Position numbers and translations under genes: made by a program. From NCBI GenBank assembly GCA_964016885.1, contig OZ024743.1, positions 105,710,001 to 105,774,000 of the forward strand: a stretch of DNA of 64,000 nucleotides, in the 5' to 3' direction. Below are positions 16,947 through 31,483 of this stretch, piece by piece. The notes beneath the pieces were generated by a model. That model was not told where the DNA came from and did no database searches. It saw only the letters and a program-made list of their open reading frames with translations. This DNA comes from Eledone cirrhosa. Its lineage: Eukaryota. Position 1 is the first letter of the stretch. The number at the start of each line of letters is the position of its first letter.

Positions 16947-19900
16947 CGGGTGTGTGTGTTATTGGGCCTGAGAGTTTATGTATGCGTAGCAATATCTATG
17001 TCTATGTAAACACACACGCACGCACACACACATATGTATATATATACACACCCACATATATATATATATACATATATTTATATATATATATACACACATA
17101 TATATGTCTATATATCGGTCCCCATCTATCTCTTAATTCATAGAAATGCCGTCAAAATGTCAACATAATGAGATTTTTTATAGAAATCCCGTCAAAATAT
17201 CAACATAAGATTATTGATCGAAATGCCGTCAAAATGTCAACACAATGAGATGTTTGATAGAAATGCTGTCAACATTTCAACATAATGAGATTTCTTTATA
17301 GAAATGCCGTCAAAATTTCAACGTAATGAGATTTTTGATAGAAATGTCGTCAAAATGTCAACATAATGAGATTTTTTTATAGAAATCCCGTCAAAATGTC
17401 AACATAAGATTTTCGATAGAAATGCCGTCAACATTTCAACATAATGAGATTTTCGATAGAAATGCCGTCAACATGTCAACATAATCAGATTTTTGATAGA
17501 AATGCCGTCAAAATGTCGACATAATGAGATTTTTTGATAGAAATGTCGTCAAAATATCAACATAATGAGAGTTTTTAAAGAAATTCCGTCAAAATATGTA
17601 TATAATGAGATTTTTGAGAGAAATGCCATTAAAATATAAATATGATGAGATGTTTGACACAAATGCCATTAAAATGTAAATTTGATGAGATATATTTTGA
17701 TAGAAATGCAATTAAAATGATAACATAATAAGGTTTTTGGCAGAAATATCATAAGAATGTAAATATAATGAGGCTTTTGACAGAAATACCAATAAAATAT
17801 AAATATGAAATAAATTAAAATATAAATATACTGAGATTTTTGACAAAAATGCAACTAAAATATAAATATAATGAGATTCTTCACAGAAATGCCATTAAAA
17901 TATAAATAGAAATGCCGTCAAAATGTCAACATATATTTATGTCATTTCTGTCGAAAATCTAATCATATTTATACTTTAATTGTATTTCGGTGAAAAATAT
18001 CATCATATTTATATTTTAATCGCATTTCTGTGAAAAATCTCATTATATATATATTTTAATCGCATTTCTGTCAAACATCTCATTATATTTATATTTAATG
18101 GCATTGTTTGTCAATAATTTCATTACATTTATATTTTAATGGTATTTCTTTCAAGTATCTCATTATCTTTATATTTTTATCGTATTTCTGTCAATAATGT
18201 CATTATATTTATAATTAAATGGCATTTGTTGTCAATAATTTCATTATATTTATATTTTAATGGTATTTTTTTCAAAAATATCATTATGTTTATATTTTAA
18301 TGGTATTTCTGTCAATAATCTTATTATATTTATAATTTAATGGCATTTCTGTTTAAAATCTCATTATATTTATATTTTAATGGCATCTCAGTAAAAATCT
18401 TGTCATATTTATATTTTAGTGCCATTTCTGTTAAAAAAACTCATCATATTTACAGTTTAATGCCATTTCTGTCAAAAATCTCATATATATATTTTAATGG
18501 CATTTTTTCAAAATTATCATTATATTTGCATGTTTATGCCATTTCTGTCAATAATCTCATTATATTTATATTTCAATGGCATTTTTGTCAACAATCTCAT
18601 TAATTTTAGATGTTAATGGCATTTCTGTCAAGAATCTCATTATATTTATATTTTAATTGCATTTCTGTCAAAAATCTCATTGCATATATATTTTAATGGC
18701 ATTTCTGTCAAGAAGCCGCCACAATGTCAAAATAATCACATTTTTGATAGAAATGCTGTCAAAATGTCAACATAATGAGATTTCTGATAGAAATTCAGTC
18801 AAAATTTCAACAACATGAGATTTCTGATAGAAATGCCGTCAAAATGTCAATATAATGAGATTTCTGATAGAAATACCGACAAAGTTTCACCATAATGAAA
18901 TTTCTTATAGAAACGCCGTCAAAATGTCAACATAATAAGATTTTTGATAGAAATGTCGTCAAAATGTCAAAATAATGAGATTGTGGATAGAAATGCCATC
19001 CACATGACAACATAATTAGATATTTGATAGAAATGCCGTCAAAATGTCAAAATAATGAGATTGTCGATAGAAATGCCATCCACATGACAACATAATTAGA
19101 TATTTGATAGAAATGCCCATTAAAATATAAATACAATGGGAATTTTGAAAGAAATGCCATTAAAATATAAATATAATGATTTTTTTTTTGACAGAAATGC
19201 AATTAAAATATAAATACTATGAGAATTTTGACAGAAATGCCGTCAAAATATAAATATAATGAGATTTTTGATAGAATTGTTATTAAAATTTAAATTCAAT
19301 TACATTTTTGACAGAAATGCCGTTAAAAAATCAATATGATGATATATTTGACAGAAATACCATTAAATTATAAATATAATGAAACTTTTGATAGGAATGC
19401 CGTCAAAATGTCAACATAATGAGAGTTTTTCATAGAAATGCCGTCAAAATGTCAACATAATGAGATTTTGTATAGAAATCCAGTCAAAATGTCAAAATGA
19501 GATTTTGGATAGAAATGCGGCCAAAATGTCAACATAATGAGATTGTTTATAGAAATGCCGTCAAAATGCCAACATAATGATATTTGTTTGGAAATTTCGT
19601 AAAAATGTCAACATAATTAGATTTGGTATAGAAATGCTGTCAAAATGTCAACATAATGAGATTTTTGATAGAAATGCAGTCAAAATGTCCACATAATGAG
19701 ATTTCTGATAGAAATGCCGTCAAAAGTTCAACAACATGTGATTTTTGATAGAAATGCCGTCAAACTATCAATATAATGAGATTTTTGATAGAAATACCGA
19801 CAAATGTTCACCATAATGAAATTCCTTATAGAAACGTCGTCAAAATGTCAACATAATGAGATTTTTGATAGAAATGTCGTCAAAATGTCAAAATAATGAG

Positions 19901-20833
19901 ATTTTCGATAGAAATGCCATCCAAATGCCAACATAATTAGATATTTGATAGAAATGCCCATCAAAATATAAATACAATGGGAATTTTGACAGAAATGCGA
20001 TTAAAATATAAATATAATGAGATGTTTGACATAATTGCCATTACAATATAAATATAATGAGATCTTTGACAGAAATCCCATTAAAATATAAATATAATGA
20101 GATTTTTTTGACAGAAATGCAATTAAAATATATATACTATGAGAATTTTGACAGAAATGCCGTCAAAATATAAATATAATGAGATGTTTGACAGAAATGT
20201 TATTAAAGTATAAATTCGATGACATTTTTGACAGAAATGCCGTTAAAATATCAATATGATGATATATTTGACAGAAATACCATTAAATTACAAATATAAT
20301 TAAACTTTTGATAGGAATGCCGTCAAAATGTCAACATAATGAGATTTTTTCATAGAAATGCCGTCAAAATGTCAACATAATCCGATTTTGTATAGAAATC
20401 CAGTCAAAATGTCAAAATCAGATTTTTGATAGAAATGCGGCCAAAATGTCAACATAATGAGATTTTTTATAGAAATACCGTCAAAATGCCAACATAATGA
20501 GTTTTCTTTGGAAATTTCGTCAAAATGTCAACATAATTAGATTTGTTATAGACATGATATTAAAATGCCAACATAATGAGATTTCCGATGGAAACGCGGT
20601 GAAAATGTCAAAATGTATTTTTACGGTATTTCTATCAAAAATCTCATAATGTTGACCCTTTGATGGTATTTGTATGAAACATCTCATTATGTTGACATTT
20701 TGACGGCATTTCTATAAAAAAATCTCATTATTTTGTCACATATATATATATATAACAGAGATGGGGACGTATAGATACATATAGATATTGCTACGCATAC
20801 ACAAACCCAGGCCCATAAATACATACACCCGCC
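16944..20833. mobile_element. Foldback-like element: terminal inverted repeats enclosing a 40-bp satellite
   Basis: ggcgggtgt..tgggcctg..tatgcgtagcaatatctat..gtccccatct (16944-17130) is inverted at 20755-20833; (TA)n on both sides. Confidence 0.6.
17140..20737. repeat. 40-bp minisatellite array, two monomer types, four orientation blocks
   Basis: agaaatgccgtcaaaatgtcaacataatgagatttttgat and variant agaaatgccattaaaatataaatataatgagatttttgac; forward ~17140-17930, reverse ~17935-18712, forward ~18715-20612, reverse ~20615-20737. Confidence 0.95.
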
Positions 20834-20860
20834 ACATATATATGTATATAAATATATATG

Positions 20861-20906
<46 letters not shown>

Positions 20907-21247
20907 GGGGGGGGGTGTAAGCAGAGAGAACAAGAAGGTTCACTATTATGCTAAATTTATTTAATTATTATGCGCATAGACCCCAACACATGGCAAAAAT
21001 TAATTATTTTGAATATATATTTTTCTATGCTTAATATATTAGAATGAACGCAATATACTTCAAATAACAACTACCCGGTGTTTAACTGCTTCAAATGGGT
21101 ACATTCAGTTTTTATCACATTGCTTCATTCCTGCTTCTAAAAAGAACATTGTCATCTACAATCAGCATCAGCTATCAGCAACCATCATTACTAATTACAA
21201 AAGAAGCATTATTTTTAACATATTCGTAATTATTATTATCAAGCAAC

Positions 21248-21369
21248 ATTCTGAGTTCAAATCTCGCCGAGGTTAACTTTGCCTTTCATCCTTACGGGGT
21301 CGATAAAAATAAAGTACCAGTAATGTACTGGTTAATTGCTGGCCATTTGCGAAAAGTAGAAACAATTAT
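21248..21369 (+). mobile_element. SINE copy with TSD
   Basis: Main SINE family; atcaagcaacat on both sides. Confidence 0.85.
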
Positions 21370-21922
21370 GATCAAGCAACATGTTTGCGCTCAATGACAT
21401 CACCATATTTAACATGATCGTCATGAACACCATAATCCTCAACAACGTTATCATCATCATCGAAAGCGTTAACATAACCATGACAAACAAAACCATCATC
21501 ATCCTCTTCAACACTCTCATCATCATCATCATCATAACCACAATCATCTATATCTTTACCACAACAATCCTTTACATCATCATCCCTGTTGCCACATCTA
21601 TCATCATATTCATCACCATTCCCATCAACACCATCGCCGTGATAATTTCTGCCATCATAATAGACTTGTTCCTTGCCATAATCAACAGTTTTGAAGATCT
21701 CCTCCTCACCCTCCTTCTCTATCTTCTTCTCAACCGTGTTCTCATCATCAATATTATACTTATGCCTGATTTTACCACATGTACTGCATTCATTATTAAA
21801 TGAGAGAATCTAAACGACGTCAAGAGCTAATCATCAGGTTATACACGACTTGGCTTATATATATATATATAGAATAAGGAAAAGCGAAGTAGTTTCAGAA
21901 GTTCAAGTCCTTTAATAATAAT

Positions 21923-21996
21923 GGCGTGATATATATTTCAATGGCGACACTGGACACACTGTTCTGTGTGCGAGTGTCGTGACATCATCAGACAGC
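21923..21996 (-). ncRNA. Hammerhead motif, family E (left arm, stem I damaged)
   Basis: Reverse complement of the 23505-23578 motif. Confidence 0.55.
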
Positions 21997-23504
21997 TTGT
22001 TACATAATAAGGTTATGTTTCCGAGGCAATCCAAATTGAATCGACATGGGAACGGATGAAATGCGTGCTTTGGGGTTTCTCACCCGTTCCCCTGTGAGTA
22101 CCAATTCACCCCCACTGGTCTGCGCGTGCGCATGTCCGAAGGAAGTTGACCATTAGCTACCGCAGATTTCAACGAAATTCGCTTAGTCAGTTCACCCTCT
22201 CAGTCACACAATGGCCCGTACCATAGTTTACTGCTACCCATCTCGACTGTGGTAGTCAGTCAAAAGCCTGAGGGGATAGGAGAGTGTTAGTTTTTACAGG
22301 TCATAATACTACCTCTCACCTAGCGTGGACAGTACGACTGACCATCAACTCAAAGGGAAAATAAACTTAATTCTAGGTATCATGTTTTTACATTGTAAGT
22401 TAAGAGTGAGAGTTGGAAATAAAAATTAAAGTCCTAAATCAAGTAACAGAAATTATAAATTAAACAATTAAAAAATTAACAATTAGAAATTAAAAGTTAG
22501 AAATGTTTTCAAGTGAGAATTCCGATTGAGGTGAGTAAAAAAAATATAGATTGAAGTGAGTAAATAATATGGAGAGAGATGTTTAAGTAAGAAGTTATGA
22601 GGGAGGTTCTAGTGTCACAGTTACTCTATCCACATATTGAACGACAGTGCCGTACACTAGAACGGAGGGTAAGCTACCGCATTCAAGGCATTAGTCAATC
22701 TGGTACACAGTCATAATTTCCATCACATGGAACAATACCAAAGAAAAACAGACATAGAAGAAAAAATGCAAAAACACAGAGTACATATATGCAAAATGAT
22801 CCATATGATTGTCAATCTGTCCATGTATAGATTGAAATGAGGGGGCTTCTGTTCAAATGCGATTTGGTGCAGGGAAATAGGGGTTTATCTTATTTTTTGT
22901 TTCTGTGTATTTATCCTGCCGAAAGTTACTATTATGTCCGTCCAGTTTCAGGGGTTTCCATCCCCATGGTAGAGGGAATTTACGGGGCAGCTCATGGTTG
23001 GTTCCACTCTTCTCCACCATATCGGTTACATCATAGAGCGCTCAACTAATTGGAGCTAAATTATTAGGGTAAACATTGATGCAATTCAATTCAAGCACTC
23101 AACGTACTTTTTCCACATAGGATTGACGGAGTAAATATCGAATAAGGAAAAGCGAAGTAGTTTCAGATATTCAAGTCCTTTAATAATAATGCTGTGATAT
23201 ATATTTCAATGGCGACACTGGCCATCCCCTCAGGCTTTCGACTGACTACCACAGTCGAGATGGGTAGCAGTAAACTATGGTACGGGCCATTGTGTGACTG
23301 AGAGGGTGAACTGACTAAGCGAATTTCGTTGAAATCTGCGGTAGCTAATGGTCAACTTCCTTCGGACATACGCACGCGCAGACCGGTGGGAGTGAATTGG
23401 TACTCACAGGGGAACGGGTGAGAAACCCAAAAGCACGCATTTCATCCGTTCCTATGTCGATTCAATTTGGATTGCCTCGGAAACATAACCTTATTATGTA
23501 ACAA

Positions 23505-23578
23505 GCTGTCTGATGATGTCAAGACACTCGCACACAGAACAGTGTGTCCAGTGTCGCCATTGAAATATATATCACAGC
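23505..23578 (+). ncRNA. Type-I hammerhead ribozyme with long stem II (family E), intact core
   Basis: gctgt CTGATGA [gacact..cacac/gtgtg..agtgtc] GAAA tatata TC acagc; perfect 5-bp stem I, palindromic tatata. Confidence 0.75.
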
Positions 23579-25059
23579 ATTATTATTAAAGGACTTGAAC
23601 ATCTGAAACTACTTCACTTTTCCTTATTCGTTATTTACTCCGTCACTCTTATGTGGAAAAAGTACGTTCAGTGCTTGAATTGAATTGCATCAATATTTAC
23701 CCTAATATATATATATATATATATACAATTATATTAAATAAATGGAAACTACATTTATAAAACCATATTTAATCTATTATATATATTTCCAGGGTACCAA
23801 CACTTTGGTACGCTCTTATCAGATAAAATACAAAGTGTGTTTTATAAATATTGACATAACCAGGAAAGAATAACTTAACGGTTCAAGTTTTTCCTGGATA
23901 GTGAAGGAAAGAAGGGAAAGAGAAGAAAAGTCAAATATTTCAAATTATTAAGATGAGTATGCAAATGAAGTTGAGGTATAGAGCTTAAAAAAATACGTTA
24001 TTTTTAGACGCTATGTAGAATTAAATAATTAGGATATATGTATGTATGTGTAGGAAGAAGAAAAAGAAAGAAAGAAGATCTTGTATTTACGTTAATTTAA
24101 AAAGAATTAACAATTTGGAGGAATGGTGGAATATGATTCAGAATTAAAAAATTATTTAACTATATTATGAATTATAATATTGTATATATAATCAATTAGA
24201 TTATATGAAGAATTATGGTTGTAAGTACATTTATTCTTATTACATTACAACAGGTTGTAAGTATATACTTATCTATATATAATAATAATTGTGTATGTAT
24301 AAGTATTATTTGTGATTTTATAGAAATAGAAATAAATCACAATTATTAGTTGTTTACATTTCTAATATGAGTTACGAAGGATTTGATTTTTCATTTTACA
24401 TAAAAAAAACATGTAGTTCAAGCTGCAAGAAGAGAACTATTTGTAGATTCAAATATTTTGTTCCAACATTGAAAATGTTTTCAGAATATTGTTAATTTAG
24501 CGAGGTTTATAGTTTATCATACATATTATAATGTTTATGTTTGCTCGATTGAAAAGGAAAAGATAACTCCAATCTTGTTTGCTAACCCTTAAATTTGATG
24601 AATGATTTACTCAGAAAATATATAGAGAAAATTATATATTATTTTGTGTGAGATTAATTTTTTCAAGGATGAGAGTTTCAATTATATGTTATTTTAGTCG
24701 AAAGATCAAAGAAGAGGGAAAAAGTATAGTGCATTTAGAAGAACTATTGTGAAGAAGATAACTTTCAGAATGTCAATTAAAGATTATCAATCTACATCTA
24801 AAAAAATAGATTTAGACGAGTATCATTAAGAAAATAATGTCAAATGGTAAAAATATTAAAATTAAGAAGGAAGATCTTTTAAAAAAATTTAAATTTTTAA
24901 AGAAATACTCAGTAAATAATAGGATCATTTTAAAGGTGTATAAGATATAGTCAAGTGTAATAAATATCATAAATTGTAAATACTTCTGAAAGTAGAATTT
25001 TGGCGATGTCTGCAACTAGAAAATAATTCTGTTTTAAGATTAATAGAGTTTTGACAGTT

Positions 25060-27188
25060 AATTATATTAAAAAATCTCCTCGATACACAAGTGATAGAAT
25101 CTTGAGAAAGCCATATTTCGGTATGCAGGTGCTTTCGAAAACGTTCCCCAAGATATTGAATAGTCTATATTTTTGTATTTTAAATTCCAAATTAAATGTG
25201 AAAGTGAAGTGGAATATTCTTTATCGGACCTATTAAATGTATGTTTATGGTTGTACCAGCGTTCTTTGAATTTTGTTGAAATGGCACCAATATAGTTAAA
25301 TATTTTGTCTCTAGTTTTAACTGTGCATTTATAAATTATGTTTTTGTCTAAGCAATTATTTTGTAAAGAGCAGTTTGATTTAATTCTAGAGTTACATTTT
25401 CTGGAGTTGTTATTAGGAACGGTACTATTATTATGAATATTGTTGTTAGAAATATTGTTATTGCTATCTTGGTTTAAATTTAAGTTTCTATTATTAATTC
25501 TATTTATATTTTGTGCTATGCTCATAGTAGTAGAGTAGGATAGTTTTATAGTGTGTCTGTTAAAAATAGAGTGGTATATGTGGGCTTTAGGAAAACACTT
25601 ATCTAGTGCTTTAAAAAATAGCTTTGCTAAAGGTGTTTTAACGCCTAATGAGAATGGGGGAGAGTACCAAATAATATTTCTAGTTCTAATTTTTTTGTTT
25701 GGTTTACTATTTAAGTTGAATTGTTTATTGTTATTATAATGAATTCTATGATGATTTGTCATGTTATTGTTATCTATGTATTTAATTTTATTCGAGTATC
25801 CTGCTCTATGTAAAGCCTCATTCTAATATTCTGTCTTATCATAACAAATATTTTTATTAGCATTAGAGTGCGTGAAACCCGTTGCTGGACAATAGTGTTT
25901 TTAATATTTCTAGGATGATTAGAATTGAAACTTACGTAATTTAGATTTTCGTTAATTTTATGGAATAGATAGTGAAGACCTGAGCTAAGATTTAAGGTTA
26001 CATCTAAGAAGTTAACGATTTGTAATTATTCTCGATTTCTAAATTAAGATTGTAGTTGTTGGAAAATTGTATTATGGATTTCTTTTTGCTATTAATTTCA
26101 CTATTGCTATGGTTTTCAATTAAAAGTAACATATCGTCGCGATATAAACCTCCCGTCATCTCTGGCATTTTTCTATGCAGTGCATTATTAATAAATAATT
26201 CAACTATGTCCGTTACCTGCGCCGAGTCAGATGATCCGATAGTGATATCAAAATTGTTTTTTCTGTCGGCTCTTGTACAGAGATGATTATTAAATTCTAT
26301 TAGGGTTTTACGTGCTGTTAGAATTATATTAATTTCTTCCCTAGATATGTCTGTATGTTTAGAAGCGTAGATAAGTGCCTTATTAAGTAAGCTAGGATAA
26401 TAGAGGAGTAGTAATTTGCAATATCCATTTGAATGAATATTTTCTTGTTTTAATTTTATGTTATTAAACCAATATATAACTTCATTAGTACCATTCTATA
26501 GTTTAAGGTGTGATTTTTCTTTCAGTAGTGGAATAATTCTATCTAGTATATGCTTGCTAATTATGCCTAAGTCAGATATAGATGGTGCGATGAGTCTGAC
26601 TGGTAGTTCAATTTCAAAATTTCTTTTGTGGTCCTTCAAGTCAATATTCGGTTTTCTAGATATAAAGGGTTCTGTCCTATTTTGAATGCCTAATTTATAA
26701 ATAATTTCCGAAGCTTCCATATTTAAAGTTGAAAGATCTCCTTTTGATGTCATTTTGTAGTTTTTCCTGAGTCCTTTCACTATAAGGTTATATATTTCAC
26801 TATATTCGTCCTTTTCTATACCATATAAATTATTTGTTTTGTCAGATTTTACCAGGATCTTCTTTGTTTCTTCTAGATCGTCTATTTTATTATTGAGGCC
26901 TTTAAATTGGTTTCTTTTAAATTTAATGTTTTGTATAATAGAGATTACTTCATTTTCAAATTCGGCTAGTAGTTTGTTGCTAGGCGGATTCTTCTCAGAT
27001 TTGAAGATAAGATCAAAGTTGTAACGGGATTTATTTATATTGTCTTCCAATTTTTTATCAAAATGGAAAGCACGCCATCTAAGGCTTCGTATAAAGGAGT
27101 CAGATTTTTCTATGAGTTGTTTTAGATATTCCTTATTTTTAGGTAAGGGTACATATTTTAGAGAAGAAGAAATCCTAAAGAATTCCAT
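25060..27188 (-). pseudogene. Penelope-like RT + GIY-YIG polyprotein, disrupted
   Basis: LRWRA, DKTNNLY, LKDHK..F...PVRLI, GLYRDD at ~26135-26152, NIIWYSPPFS, IFNRHTIKLSYS, NIIY.C..YIG..FKERWYNH, STSLS..W.LK. Confidence 0.9.
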
Positions 27189-27710
27189 TATTTTTGCAAT
27201 CAGTTATAGTTTAAAGTGCTCAACATTAAAGGAGCTATTTATAAGCAAAAGAGATATTCAATTTGTTGGTAATTCAAGAAATATAAATGTTTATAGCTGA
27301 TTCAAAACACTCAACAGGTTTTCTGGAGTATAATATTCAATGATATTAAATAAATGGAAAGTATATTTATAAAACCATATTTATTCTATTATATATATTT
27401 CAAGGGTACCAAAACTTTGGTACGCTCGCATCAGATAAAATACAAAGTTTGTTTTAAAAAAATATTGACATAACCAGGAAAGAATAAATTAACGGTTCAC
27501 GTTTTTCCTGGAGAGTGAAGAAAAGAAGGGAAACAGAAGAACAGTCAAATATTTCAAATTATTAAGATGAATATGCAAATGAAGTTGAGGTCCAGGGCTG
27601 AAAAAAAACTCTATGTAGATTTAAATAATTAAGATATATGTATGTATGTGTAGGAAGAAGAAAGTTATTCTTTCTTGGTTATGTCAATATTTATAAAACA
27701 AACTTTGTGT

Positions 27711-27765
27711 TTTATCTGATGAGAGCGTACTAAAATTTTGGTACCCTTGAAATATATATAATAGA
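27711..27765 (+). ncRNA. Hammerhead ribozyme in the family F pseudo-LTR
   Basis: tttat CTGATGA gagcgtac-..-gtaccctt GAAA tatata TA ataga; copies with single core mutations on the minus strand at ~23775-23828, ~27386-27439 and ~51152-51207. Confidence 0.72.
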
Positions 27766-28189
27766 ATAAATATCGTTTTATAAATATAGTTTCCATTTAT
27801 AATATCATGAATATTATAGTCCAGAAAACCCGTCGAGTGTTTTGAATCAGTTATAAACATTTATATTTTTTGAATTACCAAATTGAATATCCCTTTTGGT
27901 TATATATATATATATACATACATTATATATATATATATATATATTGAAGTTTTTATGAAGTATTTATAAAGCTATGCTCGAAGCGAAATTTATATATATT
28001 TATATATATATATATATATATATACATATATATATACATATACATACATATATATATATATTTATTTTTTTATTTATTTATATATATTTATATATATATG
28101 TGTGTGTGTGTGTGCATGTGTGTGTGTGTGTGTGTGTGTGTGTGACCATACATATTAATATATTTTTAATCGATAGACTTTCGTCAAAT

Positions 28190-28384
28190 CGGACCGAGGA
28201 AACAATGTTTCCGTTGGTCTTTCCAGTTGCTAGTACTATCTATCGGTCGCAACTCCAGGTAGAAGGAGCAACGTGAAATAAAGTGTCTTGCTCAAGGACA
28301 TAACGCATCGCCCGGTCCAGGAATCGAACTCACAACCTCAAGATTGTGAATCCAATTCTCTTACCACTCAGCCACACGCCTCCA
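28190..28384 (-). mobile_element. tRNA-derived CORE-type SINE
   Basis: Minus strand ggaggcgtgtggctgagtggtaag (A box) ..gagttcgattcct (B box) ..gtccttgagcaagacactttatttcac (CORE-like). Confidence 0.75.
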
Positions 28385-28417
28385 CATATCAATATATATA
28401 AACGCATATATATGCTA

Positions 28418-28501
28418 AGTAAACTCAAATGACCTAACAGTAGGTAACATATAGCTTAATGCCAAAAATGAATTATAAACGAAGTCAATATATCTGCATA
28501 C

Positions 28502-28540
<39 letters not shown>

Positions 28541-28630
28541 TTATTTATGTAGATATATTGACTACGTTTATAATACATTCTTGGTATTAAGCTATATGGT
28601 ACCTGCTGTTAGGTCACCTGAGTTTACTCA
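28418..28630. repeat. Inverted repeat (~85-bp arms) centred on (TA)n
   Basis: agtaaactca..tatatctgcata versus tatgtagatata..tgagtttact. Confidence 0.8.
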
Positions 28631-30911
28631 TCAGCATGCGCTGTTTGTGTCGCATAATATAGATCATAATCATATTATTGTATTTACATGCTAATATACT
28701 TTCAAATACACAAAAATACCCACGAAAGACTCCAGGCGGGTGGCATCCATTATCACAAACATATAAAACCTACAAATTATTAAAATGCACATATCAGTAA
28801 AACATCTATGATTTCGCTTTACTTCCAGCTATTTTAAACTAATCATTTCTTTTCCATTTCATTACAAGTATTTCACTTTCTGTATTTTCTGTCTCAAGGC
28901 GATTTCGTATTTTATTTTAAACATGATTTCCTCTGTAGACCAGTTCCTTAATTATATTGTACTTATTTTCCCGTTAGCTCAAACTTATACATATATATAT
29001 AGATATATATATATATATATAGGTATATATATGAATATACGTTTATACTTCATTAAATTATTTCATCTCTCTATATATATGTATGTGTGTCTATGAGGAT
29101 GTAGTATGTGTATGAGTTTGCATCTGCCTGCGTGTGCCTGTATGTGTTTGTGTGTGTGTGTATAAGTATAGCAATCATGAAAATAACGAGGTTTATTGTG
29201 AAAACATATTCAATATAGTAATGTTTTGTTTATCCTCTGCAAAATCTTTTTATTTTCATATTCGACGAATTTCTGTTTTAAAACACAAGGCCTGGCCTTT
29301 TGATTTTCTTATTGTTATTCCGAACGTAGGAAAAACTGCATCTTTTTCGTGAAAAATAGTAGGGTTTCTTGCTTGGTTGAAAATCATATCTATGATATAA
29401 TCCATTCAATGCTGGATTTTATTTCAATCAGCACGCACGATTGAATATAAAAGCTTATGCAGTGATAAGGCTAAGGAATGTGGGACATTTAAATGTCCAA
29501 TATTTATATTCAAATTTCAATTCATATCGTTATTTTCTGCTAATGTGGGTGCGGTATTCCTTATAATATTTGTTCATTGGGGAATTGCATACAGAAATCA
29601 TTGGCGATTACTCCTCATCATTACCTAGCATTCATCACATTTCCTGCCGTGACATTGCAGGTGATATGGTCCAGTTATTGTTTCTTGATATGAGCCAATG
29701 TTTGTTGAAATAAACCAGTTATTGTTTCTATTTTTGCTTTTTACGGCGATATTCGTGTCGCTCATTGTCAGAGACTGAATTCCATCTCCAAGAATCCATA
29801 TCGAACATAACTTTTACACCCGCTGCTCATATTTTGCAAGGAACATTTCTTTTTTTGCACATACCTTTAAAGTGCCGACTGCTTGCTGCACATTTCAACA
29901 GTATCTGCATCGGTATCCCTTGGAATCACAAAGTAAGAACAACTTTGACTCCAAATAGTTTCTCATTCTTATTATCTCAATTAGAAGAATATTATATATA
30001 TATATATTTTGTGGAGAGTGTAGCAGGATATCATGGATAGGGAATAATCAAATTGAACCACTAAGAATTGTGTCTTGGAGATAGACCAAGTCAGAGTTGA
30101 TGGCAATAAATGAACTACCGTTTCCCCGCTCTTTTGTTTTGAGCTCCTCTAAGAATAGGAAAATCACAATGTATTCCCCTCAATCTAAATGACCCAAATT
30201 TAACAGGAATATTTATGCTCAGCCAGAAGTCTAAATGAGATAGTTTCACAACAACCACCATTATCAAAGTAGAGAGAAAGAAAATGTCAACATTTATAAA
30301 AAATCTAATCACCGAGCAGACATTTGCTAGATTAGTGATCGAGTAATCTGTTAAATTTTGCATGACAGTAATGTCAATGTTATGTTATAATTCATTGCAG
30401 CTTCAAACTTGATGGATCACTTACGAGGAGAGTAAATATCAGGACGTTGAACAGAAAAAAAGTCAGATTACTTTTGTTTTCATAGCCATGAAACATGATA
30501 AAAAATAAAGACATGAAAGACAATATTCTCTATAATAATAGAAAGTGTAGAAAAACAAAGATGAAAATTATAACGATATTATATATTTGGATATCATTAT
30601 TACATGTAATCCCATATAATTGATGCAATTGCTATACAATTTACTCGTAAAAGTTAGAAAATAAATAAACACACATAAAAAACATACTTACATGCAAACA
30701 AATTCACCTTTACATGCATAAACACATGCATTCAAGAGTATATGACATACGTATATATATATATATATATATAATTACACACATGCATATGCAGATATAA
30801 AAGCAATGACGAAGAGTTCCGTGAAATATAAGCTTTGAATGAATAAATAAACAGCCCTACGTGCATTAAGCTCACGCTCTGCAGCTTGTAGGCAGACGAG
30901 TGCACATGTAC

Positions 30912-30959
<48 letters not shown>

Positions 30960-31483
30960 CCTATATATACACTGTCACAAACACACACGCACACACACAC
31001 ATATATATATATATATGGTAATATATGTGTTAGCTATTCACTGACACTATTATATGCAGGATGGAGCATTCAATGAAGTATACAAGTAGGTCTGCTTACT
31101 TGTATACTTACGGAGCATAATTACAATAATGAAGCACATGTCAATAGGTTAGAAATTTGCTTCATTTATACATAATCGCTGTTATATGAATTTCGTTGAT
31201 AACATTTATGCAACAGTTATGACCTCATCAGACAGATAAATGTTGAACACACAAAAAAATTAAAAAAACACAGACAAAACCTGAAGAAGAAATAAAAATT
31301 ACTCCTGTTGTTTCAATCCATTGATATGTCTTGGTTGATAATTTGTGTTGGTTTCGCATAATACCGGTGATATATGACTTAGAATAAACAGCCCATCATC
31401 ATCAACACAAGGGATATAGAAGGCCACTAGCCATTGGTCAGAGTCAGTTCCAGTACAATGGCTCTTCCAGCACATTTTCCTTA

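Larger units (their letters stand above)
21870..23705. repeat. Large compound inverted duplication (family E) between (TA)n tracts
   Basis: ~21872-22277 inverted at ~23224-23630; ~23062-23222 inverted at ~23546-23706. Confidence 0.9.
23722..27902 (-). mobile_element. Near full-length Penelope-like element (family F) with direct pseudo-LTRs and an inverted terminal copy
   Basis: ~23730-24062 repeated at ~27343-27662; 27662-27902 is an inverted copy of ~27240-27490; RT and GIY-YIG between; (TA)n at both ends. Confidence 0.9.

Noticed and set aside
17140-20737. CRISPR-like regular array
   Set aside because: Monomers are contiguous with no unique spacers, no cas genes are present and the context is eukaryotic; it is a minisatellite.
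21332-21803. Hydrophobic Ile/Met-rich membrane-like ORFs
   Set aside because: Decayed (CAT)n/(CAA)n low-complexity DNA with no domain signal.
28300-28384. tRNA gene
   Set aside because: A and B boxes are present, but it continues into a CORE-like SINE body and I could not build a full cloverleaf.
29500-30040. Possible host exon or pseudogene
   Set aside because: Every frame I read is short or interrupted by stops and no convincing motif was found.
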